Assembly (NCBI GenBank): GCA_031459625.1 | Contig: JAVKIH010000019.1 | Coordinates: 1-45,488 of the forward strand | Direction of reading: 5' to 3' | Length of the DNA: 45,488 bases | Origin: Candidatus Geohabitans tengchongensis | Lineage (GTDB): Bacteria; Sysuimicrobiota; Sysuimicrobiia; Sysuimicrobiales; Humicultoraceae | Shown: positions 18,478 through 25,987 of the stretch, piece by piece | Position numbering within the stretch: position 1 is the first letter of the stretch | Layout: each line of letters begins with the position of its first letter | Translations under genes and position numbers: made by a program | Notes under the pieces: generated by a model | What the model was told of the DNA's origin: nothing | The model's database searches: none | The model's input: the letters and a program-made list of their open reading frames with translations, nothing else

Positions 18478-20609
18478 GGCCGCTCCTCCAGCAACGTGAC
18501 CGCGAAGATGGCCGGGGTGGCGTCGGTGCCCCGCGAGACCACCTCGAGGGCGGCGATCTCCCGCTCGGGGTGCGGGTTGACCCAGCGCAGCAGGGAGAGG
18601 CGCACCTCCACCCCCGCGAGCGTCCGGCCGGCCCAGCCGATCTCCTGGGCGATGCTCACCGGTTCGTCCAGCCAGGAGCCGACGTGCCGGCGGTACTGCA
18701 CCGGCAGGCGTTCCGCCGAGCCGTCGACGTAGCGCAGCGTGTAGGTGGCCACCTCCTCGCCGAAGCGTCCCGCGGGGTAGGGCGTGGCGTGCAGCACGGC
18801 GATGACGGCCGCCCGCCGGCCGAGCGGCAGGCGCACCGCGGCCGGCAGCCCCCGCAGCTCCTCGCGGGCCCCGCGCAGCAGCACGATGGACCGCCCGCCG
18901 TTCCGCGCCGGGTCGAGGATCTCGAAGAGGATGCCGCCCAGGCGCACCCGCCCGGTGGGCAGCGTGCGCAGGTCGTACTCCCGCCCCTTCCCCAGCCACC
19001 CCTGCCCGTCCTCGTCCACGTGGCTCCGCGTGGCCGCGCGGCGCAGGTCCACCAGGTGGCCGCGCACCGCGGTGCGCCGGCGGGGGATGCCCTCCCACTC
19101 CTGCTTGAAGCGGGCGGCGGGGTCGTACGCCACGGTGGACGCGGGTGCCGTCATCCGCGGGTTCCAGAAGAAGTCCGCGGCCAGCAGGTAGGTGTAGAGC
19201 TGGTGGTACTGGCGGTCGAGGGCGGTGCGGTTGTTGAAGTGTCCGGTCCAGGTAGTGCGCACCAGGCCCAGCACGTCCTGCCGCTCGGCCTCGCGGGCGA
19301 ACCCGGTGATGTTGCCCGGCTTCCACCACGTGGCCGCCAGCGTGGGGAAGCCCCACGCCTTGAAGCGCGCCAGGCTGGGGTAGCGGGCCGCCTCCTGGTA
19401 CTGCCAGTCCACCATGACGATGTCGCGGGGGAGGCGGCCGATCTCGGGGGCGAAGTCGTTGGTCAGCAGGACGTCTCCCCACATCATCGTGCCCACCCCG
19501 CGGCTCTTGAGGAACTCGTACAGGCGCAGGGTGTCCCGCACGAACAGCTCGCCGAAGCCCAGCCGCTTCCCCTCCGCCGAGTAGGGGAAGGGGACGACGT
19601 TGCGCACCTCATCGTGGCCGATGTGCAGGTAGCGGGGGCGGAAGAGCTGCACCGCCTCGTCGAGGATGGGCAGGACCACCTCGTAGACCCGCGGGTTGAG
19701 CGGGTTGTAGACGTAACGGGCGTTGGACTGGTCCGGCGGGATCTCCAGCAGGTCGAGGTTCTGGTCGTTGTGGTAGAGCCACTCCACGTGGCCGAGGGTC
19801 TGGATGAGGGGGACGACCTCGATGTGGTGCTCGCGCGCCACCTGGAGGAAGCGGGCCACCTGTGCCTTGGTGGCCCCCGATGGGTGGCGGATGGCGGGAG
19901 CGCTGTCCCACTGCACATACTCCGCCTCGGCGATGAGCATGTTCACCTTGAACTTGCTCAGCACCCGCTCGATGAGCGCCGTGTGGAACTCGGCGGAGGC
20001 GTTGTCCAGCAGGACGTGCACCGCCCGGACGGGGTGGGCCGGCCCGTCGCGGACTTCGACCCCGTGGAGCGCGGCTCCCTCCCCGTGGGGGAAGAGGAGC
20101 TGGCGCAGGGTCTGTACGGCGTAGTAGGTGCCGCGGCGGTCGACCCCCGCCGCCACCACCACCTCGGGGGTGACCTTGAGGACGTAGCCTTCCGGGCCGG
20201 GGTCCTGCGGCGACAGGCGCAGCCCCTCGCCCGCCAGCAGGGCGGCGCTCCAGCGGTTGAGGCCCGGTTCGCCCAGCACGATGACGTTGCGGGGCTCTGT
20301 CACCTGACCGGCGCGCACCACCGGGAGCGGGCGGCCCGTGCGCGCCTCGACCTCGCGGTTCAGGTCGCGGGCGGCGTAGAGGTCTTCGGGCGCCGCCTCG
20401 TCGCCCACCACGATGCGGGTCTCGGCGGTGAGGAGGAACGGCCGGTCGAGCCAGCGCACGGCGCGTGGCTCGGGGATGAGGACCGGCCGGCCGGGGGTGG
20501 CGGGCGTCCAGGCATCAGGGACGTCCACGCCGGATCCCCCGGCGGGGGCGGGGAGCAGAGCGCCCAGGAGGGCAGCCAGCAGGAGGGCGAGCCGGACGCG
20601 ATCAGGCAT
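18474..20609 (-). CDS. Secreted glycoside hydrolase family 20 (beta-N-acetylhexosaminidase-like)
   Basis: Signal peptide, zincin-like domain (IPEPR, GPEGYVL, YYAVQTLRQL), catalytic HIGHDE, MMWGD. Confidence 0.88.
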   Translation of the reverse strand: MPDRVRLALLLAALLGALLPAPAGGSGVDVPDAWTPATPGRPVLIPEPRAVRWLDRPFLLTAETRIVVGDEAAPEDLYAARDLNREVEARTGRPLPVVRAGQVTEPRNVIVLGEPGLNRWSAALLAGEGLRLSPQDPGPEGYVLKVTPEVVVAAGVDRRGTYYAVQTLRQLLFPHGEGAALHGVEVRDGPAHPVRAVHVLLDNASAEFHTALIERVLSKFKVNMLIAEAEYVQWDSAPAIRHPSGATKAQVARFLQVAREHHIEVVPLIQTLGHVEWLYHNDQNLDLLEIPPDQSNARYVYNPLNPRVYEVVLPILDEAVQLFRPRYLHIGHDEVRNVVPFPYSAEGKRLGFGELFVRDTLRLYEFLKSRGVGTMMWGDVLLTNDFAPEIGRLPRDIVMVDWQYQEAARYPSLARFKAWGFPTLAATWWKPGNITGFAREAERQDVLGLVRTTWTGHFNNRTALDRQYHQLYTYLLAADFFWNPRMTAPASTVAYDPAARFKQEWEGIPRRRTAVRGHLVDLRRAATRSHVDEDGQGWLGKGREYDLRTLPTGRVRLGGILFEILDPARNGGRSIVLLRGAREELRGLPAAVRLPLGRRAAVIAVLHATPYPAGRFGEEVATYTLRYVDGSAERLPVQYRRHVGSWLDEPVSIAQEIGWAGRTLAGVEVRLSLLRWVNPHPEREIAALEVVSRGTDATPAIFAVTLLEERP

Positions 20610-20636
20610 GACCTGTGCGGGGGAGGTGCGACGCCG

Positions 20637-21893
20637 CTACAGCCGGGCGTTCCACTGCTTGACGGCCCAGTCCAGTGCCTCCCGGGGAGACATCTTCCCG
20701 TAGAACGCGCTCTCCACCGCCTCGCGGAAGACCCGGTAGAGCTCGGTGGCGTTTGGCACGACCACGGTGAGGTCGCGGGCCAGGGGGAGTTCGGCGGCCG
20801 CGATCTTTCGAACCTTCTCCTCAGGCGTGGCGCCCCCCTGCTTGAAGAAGGGGTGGGCCGCCGCACCCCGGGTGGAAGGCAGGATCACCACCTGCCGGGC
20901 GAACTCGAGCTGGTTCTGGTCGTTGGTGACGAAGAGGGCGAAGTCCACCGCCTCGCGCTGCGCCTTGCTGGCCTTGGGGACGGAGACTGTCATCGTCGGC
21001 AGGTGGATCACCCGCGCCTTGCCCTTGGGGTACGGGGCCACGAACGTCTGGGCGTACACCTCGGGGTTGTCCTGCTTCACCCGCAGCAGGAACTGCGGGC
21101 CCGTCACCAGGATGCCCAGCTGCCCCGCGCTGTACCGCTCCGTCGCGCCCAGGTAGCCACGGCGCAGGGTGTCCTCCGGGAAGTAGTCCTGCTTGAAGAG
21201 CTGCACGTACCGCTCCAGGTAGGCCACGTGGGCGGGGGAGTTGAAGACCGCCCGCTTCCCGTCGGGGCTGAGGATGGGCAGGCCGTTCTCCTGGAAGCGG
21301 TGCAGGAGGCGTATCGAGTCCACGTTCGGCATGAAGCCGTAGACCTTCGTCCGGTCCTTGATGGTGCGGGCGTGGGCGATGAGCTCGTCCTCGGTGGACG
21401 GGGGGTCGTTGGGGTTGAGCCCCGCCCGCCGGTAGAGGGCCACGTTGTAGGCCAGGACGTTGGGGGTGACGTACCAGGGGATGCCGTAGGTGCGGCCGCG
21501 GAAGCGCGCCGCCGCCCACAGTCCCTCGAAGTAGCGGCCCTTCTCGGCCGCGGGGACGGCGGCATCCATGTCCACCAGCACCCCCTGCTCCGCCAGGCGG
21601 ATGGAGAGTTCGGTGTTCAGGTTGACGACGTCGGGCGCCACCCCGCCGGCCAGCGAGGCGAGCAGCTTCTGCTCGATGGCCGCGAACTGGACGTCCACCC
21701 AGCGGATCTTCACACCCGGACGGGCCCGCTCGTAGGCGGCGACCACCCCGTTCACGTAGTCGGTGAAGAACGGCTGGAGGGCGATCGTCCAGAACTCGAG
21801 GGTGACGGCAGGAGCGCCCCGGGCGGGGAGCCCGACCAGACCGAGCACGGCCAGGGCCAGGGCGACGACGGGTGCGACGGCGCGGCGACGCAT
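20637..21893 (-). CDS. Sugar ABC transporter substrate-binding protein
   Basis: MRRRAVAPVVALALAV signal after GGGAGG; APDVV, YGIPWY, LAYN. Confidence 0.92.
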   Translation of the reverse strand: MRRRAVAPVVALALAVLGLVGLPARGAPAVTLEFWTIALQPFFTDYVNGVVAAYERARPGVKIRWVDVQFAAIEQKLLASLAGGVAPDVVNLNTELSIRLAEQGVLVDMDAAVPAAEKGRYFEGLWAAARFRGRTYGIPWYVTPNVLAYNVALYRRAGLNPNDPPSTEDELIAHARTIKDRTKVYGFMPNVDSIRLLHRFQENGLPILSPDGKRAVFNSPAHVAYLERYVQLFKQDYFPEDTLRRGYLGATERYSAGQLGILVTGPQFLLRVKQDNPEVYAQTFVAPYPKGKARVIHLPTMTVSVPKASKAQREAVDFALFVTNDQNQLEFARQVVILPSTRGAAAHPFFKQGGATPEEKVRKIAAAELPLARDLTVVVPNATELYRVFREAVESAFYGKMSPREALDWAVKQWNARL

Positions 21894-22109
21894 GACACAG
21901 CCTCCCGCTGTCCCTACGACAGCCTCGCTGGTCGGGTTCGGGACGGAGTGCGGGAGTCCTCCCCCGGAGGCCATCGACCCGAGGGCACGGCGCTACCGGG
22001 AGGCGGGGCGGGATCCATCGAGGAACGCCACCCGGGGGGCCCCCGGGAAACGCGACGGGGCCGCGGCCTGCGACCGCGACCCCGCCACGTGTTCCAGACC
22101 GACCAGGGC

Positions 22110-22580
22110 CTACCGCCCCGTGGTGAGCACGGGCTCGGGCGTCACCTCCACCTGGATCTTCCTGGGCAGGGCGTGCTCCGCCAGCGGCGCGGTGATCTCG
22201 AGGACCCCGTGGACGTACCGGGCCTGGATGTCGTCCGCGCGGACAGTCGAGGGGAGGGTGATCGTCCGCTCGAACGGCCCGTAGGTGAACTCGCCGAAGA
22301 CGTAGTCGTCCCGCGGGACCTCGTACTCGAGCTTCCGCTCGCCCTTGATGGTCAGCGTGTTACCGGTGACGGAGAGGTCCACGTGCTTGGGGTCCACGCC
22401 CGGCAGAGCCACGCGGATGTACAGCCTGTTGTCCCGGTAGAACGCCTCTGCCGCCGGGGTCCAGGAACGGGTGGAGGAGACCAGGGGCTCCGCCCCAAAG
22501 GCCCTGGCGAAGAGGTTCGCCATGTCCCGCTGGAGGTTGAAGAGTTCCTCGAACGGCGACCAGCGCTCCCAGCGCAGCAC
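22110..22580 (-). CDS. Hsp20/alpha-crystallin small heat-shock protein
   Basis: ALPGVDP, LTIKGERK, YGPFERTITLP, ARYVHGVLEI; GTG 22580 preferred over 22607. Confidence 0.93.
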   Translation of the reverse strand: MLRWERWSPFEELFNLQRDMANLFARAFGAEPLVSSTRSWTPAAEAFYRDNRLYIRVALPGVDPKHVDLSVTGNTLTIKGERKLEYEVPRDDYVFGEFTYGPFERTITLPSTVRADDIQARYVHGVLEITAPLAEHALPRKIQVEVTPEPVLTTGR

Positions 22581-22586
22581 ACTCCC

Positions 22587-22620
22587 CCACCTCCTTGCAG
22601 AGTCCACCTCCTTGCAGAGT
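22587..22620. repeat. 17-bp perfect tandem duplication containing the Hsp20 Shine-Dalgarno
   Basis: CCACCTCCTTGCAGAGT x2. Confidence 0.9.
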
Positions 22621-22684
22621 CTGGTGTGAGAACCTGATCTGGGAGGCAGGTCCTGTCAAGGTTTTCCCCCTGCCTCCTCTAAAA

Positions 22685-22714
22685 ACCTTAAATGATAGTT
22701 CAGGCGGCTGTCAA
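22685..22714 (-). promoter_or_regulatory. Candidate sigma70 promoter of hsp20
   Basis: TTGACA (22709-22714), 18 nt, TAAGGT (22685-22690) on the minus strand. Confidence 0.5.
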
Positions 22715-22774
22715 TAGGCCCATTTGCCCGGTAAAAAGCCGAAAATTAGGCTCTTGGCCACCCGGCAAATGGTC

Positions 22775-23803
22775 TTAAAACGAGGCTCCCTGGGGTGTCG
22801 TTTCCTCTTGGGCCCCCAGCGGCTGCCACCCCACCACCTGGAAGGTCTGGAGCCGGCGGTTGGCGGTCGGGACCCACCGCACCCGGACCGGGAAGGCGAA
22901 GTCGGGCGCGAGGCGGCCCTGCGCCACCCAGGCCCTCCCCGCCGGATCGCCGGCCAGGGCGGGACCGGCCAGCACCGTCAACTCCACCGGCCCGTCCACC
23001 AGGTGCACTTCGTCGAGGACCGGGATGCGCTCCAGCGCCGTCCGCAGGCGCTCCCACACCTCGGGCGAAGGCAGGGGGCGCAGGTTTACTAGCCCGATGT
23101 TGCGCCTCAGCGGACCGACGATCTTCACGTTGGCGAGCTCGACGCTCACCCCCGCCTGGCGCAGCCCCTCCAGCAGGACCTCGTTCGCCTCGGCCACGGC
23201 CCGCCCGTGGTAGGCCGGGTTCACCAGCGGCTTGAGGAGGTGCTTCAGCTTGCACCCCTCCCGCCGGGGGTGCTCGCCGATGCGCGGGACCTGCAACCCC
23301 AGGTGGTCGGCCAGGGCGCGGATCTGCGGCTTGTCCAGGTCGAGGAGGGGGGCGTAGTACCCGTTGCAGACCTTCATCCCCCGCTGGCCCCACGTGTCGC
23401 TGCGATTGGAGCCGGTGAGGACCAGCCGCCCCATGGCCACCTTCCGCACCATGCCGAGCTTGATCTCGCGGGTGCACCGGTTGCAGGCGGGGCCGTTCCG
23501 CTGGATGCGGTGCTGCATGACCTGCCCCAGCAGGCACTTCTGCCGCAGCCCCAGCCGCTCGGCCATCTCCAGCACGATGGCGTTGCCGCGCCGGTAGGCG
23601 TAGTCGCCCATGTTCACCGTGACCAGGAGGACCCGCTCGGGGCCGAGGGCGTCCCGGGCGAGGGCGGCGACGGTGGTGCTGTCGAGCCCGCCGCTGAAGG
23701 CCACGACCACAGGCTGCCCCTGCGTCGTCGCGCGGATCTCGGCGCGCAAGGCCTCGGCGAGCCGCGGGGGATCGTCGCGGAGGTCCTCCGGGAGAGCGGC
23801 CAC
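22775..23803 (-). CDS. PP-loop ATP pyrophosphatase family protein (LarE/QueC/ExsB-like)
   Basis: VVAFSGGLDS, CNRC, TGSNRSD, APLL, EGCKLKH; start trimmed to GTG 23803 because the longer ORF overlaps tRNA-Ser. Confidence 0.8.
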   Translation of the reverse strand: MAALPEDLRDDPPRLAEALRAEIRATTQGQPVVVAFSGGLDSTTVAALARDALGPERVLLVTVNMGDYAYRRGNAIVLEMAERLGLRQKCLLGQVMQHRIQRNGPACNRCTREIKLGMVRKVAMGRLVLTGSNRSDTWGQRGMKVCNGYYAPLLDLDKPQIRALADHLGLQVPRIGEHPRREGCKLKHLLKPLVNPAYHGRAVAEANEVLLEGLRQAGVSVELANVKIVGPLRRNIGLVNLRPLPSPEVWERLRTALERIPVLDEVHLVDGPVELTVLAGPALAGDPAGRAWVAQGRLAPDFAFPVRVRWVPTANRRLQTFQVVGWQPLGAQEETTPQGASF

Positions 23804-23836
23804 CGGGGGAGAGAGCTGGTGGGGTGGGAGCGAGAC

Positions 23837-23926
23837 TGGCGGAGAGGGTGGGATTCGAACCCACGAGAGCGTTTCCGCCCTAGCTGCTTTCAAGGCAGCC
23901 CCGTTCATCCGCTCCGGCACCTCTCC
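23837..23926 (-). tRNA. tRNA-Ser (TGA)
   Basis: GGAGAGGTGCCGGAGCGG...GCTGC-CTTGAAA-GCAGC, long variable arm, GGTTCGAATCC, CCTCTCCGCCA. Confidence 0.96.
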
Positions 23927-23934
23927 AGGGCCTG

Positions 23935-23942
23935 ATTATAAT
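23935..23942. promoter_or_regulatory. Palindromic -10 box (ATTATAAT) between divergent tRNA-Ser and P5C dehydrogenase
   Basis: TATAAT reads on both strands within a 44-bp intergenic gap. Confidence 0.6.
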
Positions 23943-23970
23943 GGAAGGCGACACGCCCCGGAGGTGGTCC

Positions 23971-25521
23971 ATGGCGCTCCCCGAGTTCCGCAACGAGCCC
24001 TTCTCCGACTTCTCCACCGACGCCCACCGCAACGCGATGCGCGCCGCGCTCGACCAGGTGCAGCGCGAGCTGGGTCGGGAGTTCCCCCTGCTCATCGCCG
24101 GGGAGCGCCTCCAGGGTGACGGCACCTTCACCTCCATCAACCCCTCGCGCAAGGAGGAGGTCGTCGGCGTCTTCCCCCGGGGGACCCCGGCGCACGCGGA
24201 GCGGGCGATCGAGGCGGCGGAGCGGGCCTTCGAGTCCTGGCGCCGGGTACCGGCCGAGGAGCGCGCGGCCATCCTCCTGCGCGCCGCCGACCACCTGCGC
24301 CGGCGGAAGTACGTGGCGGCGGCCTGGCAGGTGTACGAGGTCGGCAAGAACTGGGCCGAGGCCGACGCCGACGTGGCGGAGACCATCGACCACCTGGAGT
24401 GGTTCGCCCGCGAGGCCCTGCGCTACGCCCGCGGCCAGCCCACCGTCCCCCACCCGCAGGAGTACAGCGAGTACGTCTACCTGCCCCTCGGCGTCGTCAG
24501 CGTCATCCCGCCCTGGAACTTCCCCCTGGCCATCCCGGTGGGGATGGCCGCCGCGGCCATCGCCGCCGGCAACACCGTGGTGCTCAAGCCCAGCAGCGAC
24601 TCCCCGGCCAACGCCTACGTCTTCGCCGAGGCCATGGAGGCGGCGGGCCTGCCGCCGGGCGTGCTGAACATCGTCACGGGGTCCGGCGCCGACGTGGGGG
24701 ACGTGCTGGTGCGCCACCCGCGCGTGCGCATGGTGGCCTTCACGGGGTCCAAGGAGGTGGGCATCCGCATCTACCAGGAGGCGGCCAAGGTGGCCCCCGG
24801 GCAGATCTGGCTCAAGCGGGTCATCTGCGAGATGGGCGGCAAGAACGCCGTGGTGGTGGACGAGGAGGCCGATCTGGAGGAAGCGGTGACGGCGGCGGTG
24901 GCGAGCGGCTACGGCTTCCAGGGGCAGAAGTGCTCCGCCGGCTCGCGCCTGGTGGTCACCGCGCCGGTCTACCGCGACGTCCTCGAGCGCTTCGTGGAGA
25001 AGGTGCGGGCGCTGGAGGTGGGGCCGGCGAAGGACAACTACCCGGTCGGACCGGTGATCAACGAGCGCGCCATGCGCACCATCCTCGGCTACATCGACGT
25101 CGGCAAGCGCGAGGGGCGCCTGGCGGCGGGGGGCGAGCCCGCCGACGGCGACGGGTTCTTCATCCAGCCCACGGTCTTCGCCGACGTCGACCCGCGGGCC
25201 CGCATCGCCCAGGAGGAGATCTTCGGGCCCGTGGTGGCGGTGATCCGCGCCCGCGACTTCGACGACGCCCTGGCCATCGCCAACGCCACCGAGTACGGGC
25301 TGACGGGCTCGGTCTTCTCGCGCAACCCGGAGAAGCTGGCCCGGGCGCGGCGGGAGTTCATGGTGGGCAACCTCTACCTTAACCGCAAGTCCACCGGGGC
25401 GCTCGTGGGGGTGCACCCCTTCGGCGGCTTCAATATGAGCGGCACCGACGCCAAAGTCGGCGGCCCGGACTACCTGCTGTACTTCCTGCAGCCCAAGGTG
25501 ACGTCGCTCAAGTGGCGCTGA
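23971..25521 (+). CDS. pruA: L-glutamate gamma-semialdehyde (P5C) dehydrogenase
   Basis: FRNEPFSDF, PWNFP, FTGSKEVG, EMGGKN, GQKCSAGSR, EEIFGPV, PFGGFNMSGTDAKVGGPDYL; SD GGAGGT before ATG 23971. Confidence 0.95.
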   Translation: MALPEFRNEPFSDFSTDAHRNAMRAALDQVQRELGREFPLLIAGERLQGDGTFTSINPSRKEEVVGVFPRGTPAHAERAIEAAERAFESWRRVPAEERAAILLRAADHLRRRKYVAAAWQVYEVGKNWAEADADVAETIDHLEWFAREALRYARGQPTVPHPQEYSEYVYLPLGVVSVIPPWNFPLAIPVGMAAAAIAAGNTVVLKPSSDSPANAYVFAEAMEAAGLPPGVLNIVTGSGADVGDVLVRHPRVRMVAFTGSKEVGIRIYQEAAKVAPGQIWLKRVICEMGGKNAVVVDEEADLEEAVTAAVASGYGFQGQKCSAGSRLVVTAPVYRDVLERFVEKVRALEVGPAKDNYPVGPVINERAMRTILGYIDVGKREGRLAAGGEPADGDGFFIQPTVFADVDPRARIAQEEIFGPVVAVIRARDFDDALAIANATEYGLTGSVFSRNPEKLARARREFMVGNLYLNRKSTGALVGVHPFGGFNMSGTDAKVGGPDYLLYFLQPKVTSLKWR

Positions 25522-25719
25522 GAGCCGGAGGACCGACGCGACCGGGAGTCTCGCCGTTGGAGTTTCGAAACCGCGAGGTGCCCGTCAGAAGGCGGAAGGC
25601 GCTGCTCATCCAAAGGCTGCGGCCGTCCGTGCGTCACGGCCACTCGGTCCGGACCCAGTGCTGTTCGGTGTTCGTGACGGAGCGCCTTGGAGCGAGAGCG
25701 GTCAGGGGCGTCGTGACGT

Positions 25720-25968
25720 TCACAGTCGCGCGACCCACTCGTCGAGCGTCTCCCGGCGGCGGACCCGGGCGAGACGCGCCACCGCCCGTCCGCGGATCGT
25801 AATGGTCCACTCCCGGCCCTGCTGGACGTCGCGCAACAGCTCACTGAGCCGCGCGCGGGCTTCCCGCACCCCCACGCTGTGCGGGACCTGACGCACCGGG
25901 CGCTCTCGCGCCGACGACGCTCTCCGCCTTGCCCGTCTCGACTTTGCCTGTCTCGACTTGGTGGTCAT
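25720..25968 (-). CDS. Phd/YefM family antitoxin, apparently orphan and possibly truncated
   Basis: VGVREARARLSELLRDVQQGREWTITIRGRAVARL; no toxin ORF found downstream. Confidence 0.75.
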   Translation of the reverse strand: MTTKSRQAKSRRARRRASSARERPVRQVPHSVGVREARARLSELLRDVQQGREWTITIRGRAVARLARVRRRETLDEWVARL

Positions 25969-25987
25969 CGTGACTACACTATAACGG

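Noticed and set aside
13439..22637. Very long plus-strand ORFs (1074 aa and 1355 aa)
   Set aside because: Antisense shadows of well-supported minus-strand genes; stop codons are rare at this GC content and there are no motifs.
23804..23920. N-terminal extension of the PP-loop ORF
   Set aside because: It runs through tRNA-Ser and is not plausible coding sequence.
25522..25719. Possible toxin gene downstream of the orphan Phd antitoxin
   Set aside because: No PIN, RelE or Doc motif seen in the minus-strand frames.
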